A stretch of DNA of 64,000 bases from a virus (IMGVR_UViG_3300037471_001733:22201-86200); one strand, 5' to 3'; shown: positions 34,816-44,287, counted from the first letter of the stretch. Translations and numbers: made by a program. The notes: generated by a model from the letters alone, not told the origin.

Positions 34816-35015
34816 GCGGCGGTCCTCACAGGCTCAGGCGCCAGGTCAGCTTCCGGGATGAGCCCTTCGCAGACCGTGCCGCCGATCACCACGACCCACC
34901 AAAAGCGCTGGGCGCCGTCCAATAGGTCGATGAGCCGGCAGCGCTTGCCGGCGTTGCCGAGCTCGCTGCGCAGAATGATTGCGGTGTCGCCCGGTTTCAC
35001 GCCGTCACCTCGCAA
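34812..35015 (-). CDS. hypothetical protein (paralog of next gene)
   Basis: 67 aa; VKPGDTAIILRSELG...RFWWVV vs CKPNDIAIIVRTDPG...TCWWLK. Confidence 0.4.
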   Translation of the reverse strand: MRGDGVKPGDTAIILRSELGNAGKRCRLIDLLDGAQRFWWVVVIGGTVCEGLIPEADLAPEPVRTAA

Positions 35016-35323
35016 GGTTTGCTGGTGTCGCGCAGCACCTCGTCCTGGCCATCCGAGTCGCGCAGCGGGCGCAGCCAGTCATCTGGCACGGCGCCGATCT
35101 TCACTGTCCGCCCAGCCTCGTAGAGCTTGCCGTTCTGCTGAGCCGTCACCGGCAGCACGACCGGGATGTGTTCCTTGAGCCACCAGCAGGTCTTGCTGCG
35201 GTACTCCATGGTCCGGTCCACTTGGACGACCTTGCCGAGAAGCGCCGTCATGCCCGGGTCCGTCCGCACGATGATGGCAATGTCATTGGGCTTGCAGTTG
35301 AGCGCCACAGCTTCGCTCCTCAC
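34997..35323 (-). CDS. hypothetical protein (paralog of previous gene)
   Basis: 108 aa. Confidence 0.4.
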   Translation of the reverse strand: MRSEAVALNCKPNDIAIIVRTDPGMTALLGKVVQVDRTMEYRSKTCWWLKEHIPVVLPVTAQQNGKLYEAGRTVKIGAVPDDWLRPLRDSDGQDEVLRDTSKPCEVTA

Positions 35324-35456
35324 GCACGCGCCAGCGCAGCCTTGCGCGCGTCAGCCCACTGTGTGGCGTCCCGGTGCATACCGAGACCCCAGCAGGTCAG
35401 CGACACCAATGCCCGCTCGATCAGGCCCCACAAGAAATCGAACAGCGGCCAGCGCA

Positions 35457-36125
35457 TCACGCGCCTCTCGTGGCGTCGATGCCGTGGGGCGGCGGGGCGC
35501 CTACACCGTCGCGTATCGCCGCATCAACAGCCGCATCGAACGCTGCACCCTCTGGGACATGCTGGCCGGGCCAGTACGCCGCCTCCATCTCGTCCAGATC
35601 AGCATGGCGCAGCCAGCGATACCGGGCTGCATCCAGGGCATCCTGTTGCGCCGGCTGCGCGGCGCTCAGAAGCAGCGGCTGCAGGCTGGCGAACTGATCC
35701 TCGTCCAGCAGTGCCGCCAGGCGCGCGCCCAGCTTGCGCAGCGGCTCCGGACTACTGGCGATCATGTGCTGAACCACGCACTCCGCCTGCTCGATCACCT
35801 GCGGTGAAGGCTCGCCGTCGTCGTTGGGCTCGCTGCGCTTTGCGGGCTGCCACGCCTGCGCGCCTGCTTGATCCGGCGCGACGCACACCAGCACAACCCG
35901 GGCAGCGCCGCCGCAGTGCGCGGCTTGGGCCTCTGCCTCCTCGTGCGTCAGCAGGTGCTGGCCGTAGGTATCTGGGCCGTAGGCCACGACATAGCCGATG
36001 GGCTTGCCCCACAGGCTGCGCCGCGGCGGGGCCGCAGGCACAGGCGGCCTCTGGCTGGGGGCGTCAGGATTCACGTTGGAGAACTTGCGGTGGTCCATAG
36101 CTATTAATCCAGGTTCGGTACTCAT
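35457..36125 (-). CDS. hypothetical protein
   Basis: 222 aa. Confidence 0.4.
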   Translation of the reverse strand: MSTEPGLIAMDHRKFSNVNPDAPSQRPPVPAAPPRRSLWGKPIGYVVAYGPDTYGQHLLTHEEAEAQAAHCGGAARVVLVCVAPDQAGAQAWQPAKRSEPNDDGEPSPQVIEQAECVVQHMIASSPEPLRKLGARLAALLDEDQFASLQPLLLSAAQPAQQDALDAARYRWLRHADLDEMEAAYWPGQHVPEGAAFDAAVDAAIRDGVGAPPPHGIDATRGA

Positions 36126-36295
36126 TGCGTCAGCCCAATCTCGGCACGCGGATAGCGCAAGTTGTGCTTCTTGGCCGCATGAATCTCAGGTTCATCACAG
36201 CCCTCCCAGTACAGGCACGCCCAGCGTGACGAGCGTTATGGCCGCCAGCAGCGCAGAAGCGGCGACAACGGCCACGGCGTGGATTGCTGCGCGTG

Positions 36296-36583
36296 TCATT
36301 GATCGCTCCACGCAGCCGCCCGCAGATCGCGTATCGCAGCGTCCTTGGCTTTGTCCAGGCCGACGTAGCAGCGGTCGGTGGAGTCCACCACGTATAAGTC
36401 CGCATCGACGCCGGGCTCCCTCGCGTAGCCCTTGAAGCGCAGCGACAGCAGCACCAGCACCTCTCCGTCATCTGTGGCCACCAACGCATAGGAGCCAAAG
36501 CCGTAGTCGTGCCATGCGGCGTCATCTATGCGCGCCAGGCGCTCCTGCGTGGCGCAGGATTGATCCAGAACCGGGGTGTTCAA
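36296..36583 (-). CDS. hypothetical protein
   Basis: 95 aa. Confidence 0.4.
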   Translation of the reverse strand: MNTPVLDQSCATQERLARIDDAAWHDYGFGSYALVATDDGEVLVLLSLRFKGYAREPGVDADLYVVDSTDRCYVGLDKAKDAAIRDLRAAAWSDQ

Positions 36584-37467
36584 GCAGGGACTCCTTCCGC
36601 TTCCGCCGCAGCCTTCGCGGCCTCGTTAGCAACCATCTCCGCGCACTCGCGCACGAGCTGCGCGGGGCTCTGCGACAAGACGGCTTCGGCAACAGAGCAG
36701 TACGTCTCCAGCGTCGCCACCACCAGATCCAGTTCGCTGTTGTCGTCGGGCTTGGTCAGGTCGCGCAGCCGGCGCAAAGTGGCGGCCACCATGCGGCCGA
36801 CGCCATGCATCTGCGCCTTGAGCACCGTCTTGCCACTCGCGTCCTTCACGCCATCCGGCTTCGGGCTCGCCGCAGTGACGACGTTCTTGTCCATGTAGAC
36901 CCGGCGCAGCACCTCCTGCTCTGCGCGCACCAGCACGCCGCGGGTGCAGTTCGGGTGCTCGCGCTGCGCGTCGTGCACGAGCAGTAGCCCGGCCACAGCT
37001 TCCAGGCCCAGGCGGTCCAGCGGGCACACACCGGGCTTGCCCAGCGGCGCCAGCGGATCAACCTGCTTGCCGGGCTTGGGCTTCGGGCAGAACCGCTTCA
37101 GTTCTTCGAGCACGCGCTGCGCGGTGACGACGGCGAATTCGTGTTCGGCGCCCAGCCCCCAGTTGCAGAGCACGACAGCGATGTTCGCGGCGCCAGCAAG
37201 GATCTGGGCATGGCGCACTTGGCCGTTGCCGGCAGCAATGGCAGACAGAGCACCGTGCTGGCGCAGCGACACCTCAACGAGCTTGCGCTGCTGCAGCGGC
37301 CAGTTCCCCATCTGCAGTCGGACGATGGGCTCGCGGCGCAGGCATCGGGCCCGCAGCGCCAGCGGCTGGCGCCACAGCACAGGCCGCGGCTTGGGCACGA
37401 GATGCAGTTGCGGAACAGGCCGGGCCTTCGGCTGCTCGGTGCGCTTGTTCATTGCGGCAGACCTCAT
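36580..37467 (-). CDS. hypothetical phage protein (~295 aa)
   Basis: ATG 37467 gives ATGA overlap with upstream gene. Confidence 0.45.
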   Translation of the reverse strand: MRSAAMNKRTEQPKARPVPQLHLVPKPRPVLWRQPLALRARCLRREPIVRLQMGNWPLQQRKLVEVSLRQHGALSAIAAGNGQVRHAQILAGAANIAVVLCNWGLGAEHEFAVVTAQRVLEELKRFCPKPKPGKQVDPLAPLGKPGVCPLDRLGLEAVAGLLLVHDAQREHPNCTRGVLVRAEQEVLRRVYMDKNVVTAASPKPDGVKDASGKTVLKAQMHGVGRMVAATLRRLRDLTKPDDNSELDLVVATLETYCSVAEAVLSQSPAQLVRECAEMVANEAAKAAAEAEGVPA

Positions 37468-37940
37468 TCCCCGCCCTCCACTCGGAACATCCAGCGCGAC
37501 GCATCGACACAGGCCATGTCGCCACACGTCCCATCCGACTGGCGCGCGCAGTTGCTGCACGACTTCTCATCCGCCGGCACATCCTCGGCGCGCATTTCCT
37601 GCCAGCGCTGCAGGGTGTCGATGGCCTCGGCTACGTCCTTGGCCTGATCCTTGGCGCCGCGTAGGCCAGCGCACAGCAGCTTCTTAATGCTGTGCTGCAG
37701 GCAAGGCGACGTGACGCCGAACAACTCCAAGACCCGGTACACATCGACCGTCTGGAGCTTCGAAACGTCCTTGAAGTAGTGCGGGTGCTTCCGCAGCGAG
37801 ATCGGCGCTCCTGCGGGCTCCTGAGCGGCCGCAGGGGTATCGGCGCGTGGCTCATGATCGTCGCACCACCAGATTTCAGGCCCGCGCATTTGGCAATTGG
37901 CCTTCTGGCACGTCGCGCAGTTGCGTTGCGTCGCGCTCAT
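37464..37940 (-). CDS. Cys-rich zinc-binding protein
   Basis: 158 aa from ATG 37940 (ATGA overlap); CATCQKANC...CSNCARQSDGTCGDMAC. Confidence 0.45.
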   Translation of the reverse strand: MSATQRNCATCQKANCQMRGPEIWWCDDHEPRADTPAAAQEPAGAPISLRKHPHYFKDVSKLQTVDVYRVLELFGVTSPCLQHSIKKLLCAGLRGAKDQAKDVAEAIDTLQRWQEMRAEDVPADEKSCSNCARQSDGTCGDMACVDASRWMFRVEGGE

Positions 37941-38482
37941 GCGGCGATACCTCCCCAGGAAAACACGGACGCGCCGTTCATGGCTTCTGCCCAGTTGTGC
38001 CCGCGGCAAATTTGCGTCACCGACGAATACGGCATGCCGGTCCGCTCAGCGATGCTCTTCAACGACATTCCGGCGCTCCTCAGTTCGCGCAGCTCTCGCG
38101 CCTTCTCCATGGAGTACCGCTTGGCTTTCGCGCGCACTCCTGCCGTCTTGGCAGCCCTTACGGCGGGAGTTCTGTACACACCGCGCTTCGCGTGCTCGGC
38201 GTTGCACTCGGCGCGCGTCGCCAGCTTCAGATGACACAGGCACCGCTGGTGGAAACAGCCCGGCATTACCAGAAAGCCATCAGGGATCGGTCCTTTGGTT
38301 TTCTGCCAGAGCCACCTGCGGACGTTCGTGCCACGCAAGCCCTGCACCGACGCTTGAGGGACCCCCATGCGCATTGATCCCTTCCAGAGGCGGCACTCAC
38401 CCTCTTCGACCGTGCGCGCGTCCAGCCACGCGCCAATCCACGCCTGAACGTGCGCGTCATGAGGTTTCTTTGGCTTGGTCAT
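37937..38482 (-). CDS. HNH endonuclease (HNH_3-like) with C-terminal sigma-70 region-4-like HTH
   Basis: 181 aa; 'GECRLWKG...GFLVMPGCFHQRCLCHLKL' plus 'LRSAGMSLKSIAERTGMPYSSVTQICRG'. Confidence 0.5.
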   Translation of the reverse strand: MTKPKKPHDAHVQAWIGAWLDARTVEEGECRLWKGSMRMGVPQASVQGLRGTNVRRWLWQKTKGPIPDGFLVMPGCFHQRCLCHLKLATRAECNAEHAKRGVYRTPAVRAAKTAGVRAKAKRYSMEKARELRELRSAGMSLKSIAERTGMPYSSVTQICRGHNWAEAMNGASVFSWGGIAA

Positions 38483-38727
38483 GCCGCGACCACCGCGCGC
38501 ACCAGCGCCTTGAAATGCTTCACGTGCGCGTCGTGCTTGACCACCTTGGCGGCAGCAGTGCACTCCGGGCAGTGCAGGAGCACCCTGCGGTAGCGGCTGC
38601 AGCCTTCGATGCTGCTGAGCTGCTTGTGGCAGCCGTCGCAGCGCGCCGTGACAGCGTGACCGGGGCCGGCGGGCTTGTAGCGGACGTCCTGCGCGCCGCG
38701 CACGGACTCATAGCGGGTGGCGGTCAT
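38479..38727 (-). CDS. zinc-ribbon protein
   Basis: 82 aa; CDGCHK...CPEC. Confidence 0.4.
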   Translation of the reverse strand: MTATRYESVRGAQDVRYKPAGPGHAVTARCDGCHKQLSSIEGCSRYRRVLLHCPECTAAAKVVKHDAHVKHFKALVRAVVAA

Positions 38728-39125
38728 GCGGCACCCCCAGTCGCCTTGGCAATGACGGCTCGGGCGTTCGCCTCAGCCTTGGAAGCCGCCAGCATGGCGC
38801 GCTCGTGTGCAACACGTTCCCGGCCAGCGTCGCCGAAGTTCTCGTGCGCCACCGTGTACGCCATGGCGGCCTTCGCCTCGGCGTTGCGCGTCGTCAGCAC
38901 GTCTTGGAGCGCCGCCAGCAACTCAGGCGCGGCAGCGAACAAGTCCGGCCCGTAGCTGCCGAAGTAGCCGGAGAAGTTGACGTAGAAGTCATTCCACGAC
39001 TGGCTGCCATCGGTGTTGGAGAAGCTGCTGGCGTTCTCGATTCGGAACTGGTCGCGGGTCTCGCCCTCTGGCGCGCAGGAGGTGACACGCAATGGCCCTG
39101 GCGTGAGTTTTGGTTTTGCGGTCAT
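38724..39125 (-). CDS. hypothetical protein; paralog of 46401..46769
   Basis: 133 aa from ATG 39125; shared '...ELLAALQDVL...AIAKATGG' with plus-arm gene. Confidence 0.4.
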   Translation of the reverse strand: MTAKPKLTPGPLRVTSCAPEGETRDQFRIENASSFSNTDGSQSWNDFYVNFSGYFGSYGPDLFAAAPELLAALQDVLTTRNAEAKAAMAYTVAHENFGDAGRERVAHERAMLAASKAEANARAVIAKATGGAA

Positions 39126-39967
39126 GCAGAGGCTCCCTTGGCACCGGCCGCGCTCATGGCGGCGTCGATGGCCTCGCGCGAGAGTCCGTTGCCGGCAACG
39201 ATCCCCTCGCGCCGCAGCCCGGCCCAGTCGCCAACCCGACGGATCAGCCAGTCCAGGCGCGTGGCGTCGGGATGGGGCTGCACCAGCGGAGGTGCGAACT
39301 GCCGCTCCGCATAGAGGCGGATCACCTCGTTCTGCTGGTCGATCTCGTTGCGCAGGCGCTTGTTCTCGGCGATCACCTGAGCCAGCAGCCGCTGCTGGCA
39401 CTCCTCGACTCCGCTGCTGTCGCAGGTGTCGCAGTCATCGCACGGCTTGGCCGGCTCGGGCTGCGCCACCGAGGCGCCAGCCGGCTTCAGCAGCGCGTCA
39501 TCAAGCAGCACGAGGGCGTCGCCAATGGCCGGAACGTACTCCGCCGCAGGCACGACGAGCGTTTGCCGCGTGCGACGCAGAGCGACACGCAGCCGCTCAA
39601 GATCCGCCTCACGCTGATTCAGCGCAGCCCACAGCGCCCGCACCTCAGCGTTGTTGTGGTCCCGCTCGCAGTTGAGGCAGGCATCGCCAGGGATGCGCGT
39701 TTTCCAGCCGCAGACCTCGCATGCCTCCAGCGCCTGTTGGTCGTAGGTCTCAGCCTGCTGACCATCGTCAGCCGCACCGCGTGCCCGGATGGCAGCCTCA
39801 AGATCAACCGGCCCACCGTACATCGCCACCAGATCAATGCACGCCTCGCGCTCGGCTTCCGTCACCAGCGCAGCGAAGCGCTCCAGAACCGGCACGACAT
39901 CGGGACTAGGCTCCAGGCGCTCGGGATGAGCCTCGCGGGCCAGCTTCACAACCTCCTCGCGCGTCAT
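39122..39967 (-). CDS. hypothetical protein with CxxC pairs and coiled coil
   Basis: 281 aa. Confidence 0.45.
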   Translation of the reverse strand: MTREEVVKLAREAHPERLEPSPDVVPVLERFAALVTEAEREACIDLVAMYGGPVDLEAAIRARGAADDGQQAETYDQQALEACEVCGWKTRIPGDACLNCERDHNNAEVRALWAALNQREADLERLRVALRRTRQTLVVPAAEYVPAIGDALVLLDDALLKPAGASVAQPEPAKPCDDCDTCDSSGVEECQQRLLAQVIAENKRLRNEIDQQNEVIRLYAERQFAPPLVQPHPDATRLDWLIRRVGDWAGLRREGIVAGNGLSREAIDAAMSAAGAKGASA

Positions 39968-40302
39968 GCCTTCGCTCCTTCGTCATCGCCACACATGCGC
40001 AGCCAGTCAGCCATGGCAATGAACCGCGGCCCCCAATCGTCAGCCGGCAGGTCAGGCTCATGCTCGTCGTCGTGCCAGTAGATCCAGCCGCCGATGGCCG
40101 CCGACAGTTCACGCAGCCGCTGCAGCGACTCCTCAGGCACCACGTCTTGGCCGTAGCTGCGATCCGGCGCGGTCTCCGTCGCCATGGCCCACAGCGAGAA
40201 CTCGTTGCCCATGATCCATCCAGCGCAATAGCAGTCCTCGCTGATGTCGCTCATCAGCTCGTAGAGCTCGTTCTGCTGAGGGGTCAGGTTTTGCTCGCTC
40301 AT
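39964..40302 (-). CDS. hypothetical protein
   Basis: 112 aa. Confidence 0.4.
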   Translation of the reverse strand: MSEQNLTPQQNELYELMSDISEDCYCAGWIMGNEFSLWAMATETAPDRSYGQDVVPEESLQRLRELSAAIGGWIYWHDDEHEPDLPADDWGPRFIAMADWLRMCGDDEGAKA

Positions 40303-40880
40303 GCCTTGGCTCCTTCAGCGGGCTCGTCTTTTCGGCGTTGGTCAGCTTCGCCAGCCAAGTGCAGGCCATGAATCGCTAGCGCCTCACGAATCCTGGCGAT
40401 GGATGTGGGTCCAATGCCGCCGAACCGGCGCCGAGTCAGGTCCGCAGGAGTGAGCCTCGTCAGGGCGCCAATCGTTCGCACGCCATTGCGGTCCAAGGAG
40501 CCGGTCACCCTGGGCGTGAGGCCATCAAGCGCGGCGGGCGAGAAGGCCAGGAAGCCGACGTCATCAGGGTGCGGGCCCTGCTCGTGGCGCGGCTCGATGA
40601 GCGGCGGACGGGCCGGAGACGGCGCAGGAGCGGGCTCGGGCGCCGGCACAGGGATCGTGAAGCTCACCGGCTTCAGGCGCACCTTCAGCATCTCGTCGGC
40701 CACCATGTACGACACGATGGCAACCTGCTCCGGGCTGATGTCGCCGCCGTAGGCGCCCAGCAGGGACTGCATGGCACCCTCAGCGAGCTTGTCGCGCAGC
40801 TTGGTCAATTGCTTGCTCATGCTCCAGCCCTCCGCGCAGTCGGCCGGTAACTCTCCCAAGGAAACGGCACCCAGCGACAC
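40299..40880 (-). CDS. protein with C-terminal RNA-polymerase alpha-subunit CTD-like helix-hairpin-helix domain
   Basis: 193 aa; 'IGALTRLTPADLTRRRFGGIGPTSIARIREALAIHGLHL' matches alpha-CTD HhH pattern ([27 protein letters not shown]). Confidence 0.5.
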   Translation of the reverse strand: MSLGAVSLGELPADCAEGWSMSKQLTKLRDKLAEGAMQSLLGAYGGDISPEQVAIVSYMVADEMLKVRLKPVSFTIPVPAPEPAPAPSPARPPLIEPRHEQGPHPDDVGFLAFSPAALDGLTPRVTGSLDRNGVRTIGALTRLTPADLTRRRFGGIGPTSIARIREALAIHGLHLAGEADQRRKDEPAEGAKA

Positions 40881-41650
40881 GTCTCGGCCAGTCGATCAAA
40901 GGTGCGCTCACCAACGAACTGCTTGAAGCCCGCCGAGTTCTGGTTCGTGAGCAGGATGGTCGGCTTGACATCGCGGTAACGGCCGTCCAGCACGTCGAAG
41001 ACGATGTTCTGCTCGCTATCGGTGCCGTACTGCACGCCAACCTCGTCGATGACCAGCAGGTCCAGGTCCGTCAGGTAGCGCAGCACCTGCGTCTCGCTCT
41101 TCTCGCTGTCGCGCCGCCACGTCTCGCGGATCATGCGGATCAGGTCCATGCAGGTCACGTAGCGCACATCCGGCGAAAGCAGCGACTGCAGGACAGCGCC
41201 AGCGAGGTGGCTTTTGCCGGTGCCCGGCTTGCCGGCCAAGATCAGCCCGGAGCCCTTGCGCGAGTGCTCGGCAAAGTTCTCCGCGAAATCGCGCGTCACC
41301 GTCAGCGCATGGCGCTTCTCGTCGGTGTCGGCCACGAAGTTGTCGAACGTGCGGCCGATGAAGCGCGTCGGGATCATGGCGCTGGCCAGCATCCGGCTAT
41401 GGCGCTCTTCAGCGTCGCGGCGCTTTTGCTCAGCCTCGGCCGCGCGGTCCTCCTTGGCCTTGGCCTCTTCGCAGGCAGGACAGCGCGACCAGATGCGGCC
41501 GAAGATGTTGCGGCTCGTGTAGTCCCCGTGCTCGAGGCAAGAGGCTGCGCGCTCTTCCACCTGGCGCCTCACGGTGTCAGACAAGCGATCCATCGTCATC
41601 CACGCCTTCGCGGTAGTCCTTGGAGTCAAAACCAGCGTGCTTGCTGGCAC
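40817..41650 (-). CDS. DnaC/IstB-like AAA+ helicase loader
   Basis: 277 aa; Walker A 'GKPGTGKSHLAGAV', Walker B 'LLVIDEVG'. Confidence 0.7.
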   Translation of the reverse strand: MPASTLVLTPRTTAKAWMTMDRLSDTVRRQVEERAASCLEHGDYTSRNIFGRIWSRCPACEEAKAKEDRAAEAEQKRRDAEERHSRMLASAMIPTRFIGRTFDNFVADTDEKRHALTVTRDFAENFAEHSRKGSGLILAGKPGTGKSHLAGAVLQSLLSPDVRYVTCMDLIRMIRETWRRDSEKSETQVLRYLTDLDLLVIDEVGVQYGTDSEQNIVFDVLDGRYRDVKPTILLTNQNSAGFKQFVGERTFDRLAETCRWVPFPWESYRPTARRAGA

Positions 41651-42734
41651 CTTGGCTGCCGGCGACCGGCAGTTCGTCCATCCAGCGCCCCTGGTTCAAC
41701 CAAGTAGACGGATGCGGGATGTACTTGCCGCCATCGCGCGTCCAGTCAGTGGACTGCTTCTGCACCTTGATGGCATTCAGCATCGTGGCCAGCAGCTCAA
41801 CTCCAACTTGGCGCTTTTCAAAGGCGCGACGTGCCGCGTCAATGCCGACCTTCCTCGGGTATGCGCTCCAGAAATCCTCGAATCGACCGTCACCCCCAGG
41901 GGGGTTAGGGGGGTATTGGTTCCCTTGACGGTTAATTGACGGTTCTCCGTACCGTTTTTGGGACTGCTTCTCGGGAAAAACGGTACCGCTTCCACGGAAA
42001 AACGGTACTGCTTCACCATCCTCCGAAGCTGTACCGTTTTTGGCATAGCTTCCCAGACGTCGAGTCCGCTCCGCGATTGTTGCCGCGCGCAACTTGCTGG
42101 GAGTGCCTTCGTTCTTGCACAGCGGGTCCAAGTCGTACTGGCGGAACAGCCTCATTTCTGCCGCGCTGGCCTCCTCCGGCGTTTCAAACACCTCCAACAC
42201 CTCGCGCACCAGCAGGCGGCCGGCAGCGATCTGCTCGCGCGGCCACTTGCCGCTTCCACGATAGGCGTCTGCCTCGGGGTCTCCGCAAAAAGAGCGCTTA
42301 CCCAGGTAGAAATTGCCCGTCTCCGGGTCTGTCACTCGGTACGTGTAGTGCGTGGCTGACGCCGTAGGCAGGCCAAGCAGCCGATAGACCGGGATGGAGC
42401 CGGTCACACCAACGCGCTTGCCCGTGTCCATAAGCAGACCGGCGTCTTGCAAGTTCTTGATGTTCTTGATGAGAGTCTTGCGGTCGCAGCAGGTGTCCTG
42501 CTCCAGCCGCAGGATGCTCGGGTAACAGAACCCGAACTCGTCGGCGTAGTTGGCAAGGCAGACCATCAAGAACTTTTCGCTGGACTTCGGCATGTCCAGC
42601 TTGAAGGCGTAGGCGAGGGCTGGGATGCTCACAGCGGACCTCCCCGCACGTTCCATTGCCGCGCAGCCTCTACTGCAGCCTCCATGGCGTCTTCCAGCAC
42701 CACATCGGGCCCGTGCGACTCGCACTGCCAGCAC
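41577..42734 (-). CDS. phage replication initiation/replisome-organiser protein (N-terminal HTH_36 domain)
   Basis: 385 aa; 'FLMVCLANYADEFGFCYPSILRLEQDTCCDRKTLIKNIKNLQDAGLL' plus conserved C-terminal 'FEDFWSAYPRKVG...YIPHPSTWLNQGRW'. Confidence 0.65.
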   Translation of the reverse strand: MLAVRVARARCGAGRRHGGCSRGCAAMERAGRSAVSIPALAYAFKLDMPKSSEKFLMVCLANYADEFGFCYPSILRLEQDTCCDRKTLIKNIKNLQDAGLLMDTGKRVGVTGSIPVYRLLGLPTASATHYTYRVTDPETGNFYLGKRSFCGDPEADAYRGSGKWPREQIAAGRLLVREVLEVFETPEEASAAEMRLFRQYDLDPLCKNEGTPSKLRAATIAERTRRLGSYAKNGTASEDGEAVPFFRGSGTVFPEKQSQKRYGEPSINRQGNQYPPNPPGGDGRFEDFWSAYPRKVGIDAARRAFEKRQVGVELLATMLNAIKVQKQSTDWTRDGGKYIPHPSTWLNQGRWMDELPVAGSQGASKHAGFDSKDYREGVDDDGSLV

Positions 42735-42895
42735 TCGACCTTGGCGTTGAATGCCAGGTCGCCGTTGTTGTCCGTGGTCGGGCTGACCTCAGCGCATGCG
42801 TTGCCGTCGTTGCAGAACGGGCACGGCTTCAGGCCGGCGTTGATTTTTTCCAGCTCAGCGTTGAACCGTTTGCTGTTGAAACGGGGGTTGCTCAT
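42629..42895 (-). CDS. lar: Lar-family restriction-alleviation protein
   Basis: 88 aa; 'LKPCPFCNDGN...VECWQCESHGP...AVEAARQWNVR' zinc-ribbon pattern of Lar family. Confidence 0.6.
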   Translation of the reverse strand: MSNPRFNSKRFNAELEKINAGLKPCPFCNDGNACAEVSPTTDNNGDLAFNAKVECWQCESHGPDVVLEDAMEAAVEAARQWNVRGGPL

Positions 42896-43092
42896 GCGCG
42901 CCCCCTTTGCTCTACACTTCTCTCCACAGCTTCCTCTGCGTGATAGAGGTTGCGAAATGAGGCCTCGGCTGTTGGCGCAGTCGAGGCCTCGCCACTTGCA
43001 GCGCTGCTTTTGATGCAGCCGCCATCGGCACGGCGAGCGAAGTCGCCATGTCCGAGGTCAGCGTGAGCAGCGCGCAAAAACATGGAATTCCT

Positions 43093-43368
43093 TCAGCCGG
43101 CGCGGCGCCATCCAAGCGCCACAGCCAACTCGCGGAAGAAGGACGGGCGCTCAGGCTTGGCGCGGGGCGTTTGGGGCTCTTGCGGGGCCTGGCGCTTGGC
43201 TTCGCGGGCCTTCCTCTCGGCGTCTTGCTCGGCCCACTGCTTGCGCAGGTACTCGGCCTGCCAGTTGGCAAAAGCAACGTGTGCCTGCGCCGCGCGGAAC
43301 TCTTCGAGACGCTCCGCGCGCTGCGCGAGCCGGGCCTTGTAGGCGGGGACGGGGCGGCTGGGCTTCAT
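43093..43368 (-). CDS. hypothetical coiled-coil protein
   Basis: 91 aa. Confidence 0.4.
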   Translation of the reverse strand: MKPSRPVPAYKARLAQRAERLEEFRAAQAHVAFANWQAEYLRKQWAEQDAERKAREAKRQAPQEPQTPRAKPERPSFFRELAVALGWRRAG

Positions 43369-43970
43369 AGGAGGGGCTGACCAAAGTGACGGGCGAGGTA
43401 GTCATTCAGGGCCGCACTCCAGTAGTGCGCGTCCTTTACCTTGTCCTTTTCCTGCTCACACAACTCGCAGGGCACCGGCGGCGGCGCACCGTAGGCTTCA
43501 AACGGGTGCGGGAAGACTCCCGGGCCGCGCCGGAGATTGCAGGCACGGCAGACGGGCTGGACGAAGAGCAGATGGTTGTAGTCGCGGTGCTCGTAGTCCT
43601 GGGCCTGCTCACCACAGTCGACACACTTCAGGGTATGGACCCTCGGGAGCAGGCCCTTCCTCACCGCGCAGCTCACCGTGGCGTGGGCCCTGGTCAAGAT
43701 GGCTTGCTTGATGTTGAAGCGCAGGCTGCGGCACTTGTCACATCGCTGCGGTCGCAGCCAACCGCCCATGCCCTTCAGATAGCCGGGCGCAGCAACATCG
43801 GTCGACTGAAACGTTGCCAAGCAGTCTCTGCAGCACTGATGCTTGGGCTCGCTCGCGGCCACTCGCCTCTTCGGCGGCGGGCAGTTCCCGCAGAACTTGG
43901 CCGAGTAGTGCCGGTTGATGATCTTTCCGGAGCAGCGCGGACACAGGCGGTCGTTGGGGTCGAGCCTCAT
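43365..43970 (-). CDS. Cys-rich multi-zinc-finger protein
   Basis: 201 aa; at least 8 CxxC pairs. Confidence 0.5.
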   Translation of the reverse strand: MRLDPNDRLCPRCSGKIINRHYSAKFCGNCPPPKRRVAASEPKHQCCRDCLATFQSTDVAAPGYLKGMGGWLRPQRCDKCRSLRFNIKQAILTRAHATVSCAVRKGLLPRVHTLKCVDCGEQAQDYEHRDYNHLLFVQPVCRACNLRRGPGVFPHPFEAYGAPPPVPCELCEQEKDKVKDAHYWSAALNDYLARHFGQPLL

Positions 43971-44287
43971 GACTGCCCCCTTTTGGTGGTGTTACCGCAG
44001 TGTTCAAAGACCTGAACGCGGCCTTCTACGGGGTGTGCTTTGCAAGAAACTGTTGCGGTGCAGCACGGTGCTGCTGGAGCGAAATGCTCCGTGCTTCGGT
44101 TGGTGCGGTGCGAGGGGAAATGCGCCCTCTGGATGACAGGCCCGGCGATCTTCGACCATTCGGTCGAGTCGTTGCAGATTTGTACACTTAATGGTTTAAG
44201 GACATTGGCCCATGTACATGACGCGGTGTACCTTTGCCCCATGGAAACGCAGCAATTCGTGACGCGCATCACAGGGAGCGGGTTCAT
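43967..44287 (-). CDS. hypothetical protein (weak)
   Basis: 106 aa ORF overlapping antisense ORF. Confidence 0.25.
   Translation of the reverse strand: MNPLPVMRVTNCCVSMGQRYTASCTWANVLKPLSVQICNDSTEWSKIAGPVIQRAHFPSHRTNRSTEHFAPAAPCCTATVSCKAHPVEGRVQVFEHCGNTTKRGQS

Noticed and set aside
34979-36100. 373-aa plus-strand ORF
   Set aside because: Arg/Pro-rich low-complexity translation antisense to packed minus-strand genes; no RBS
37897-38955. 352-aa plus-strand ORF
   Set aside because: Antisense artefact across three overlapping minus-strand genes
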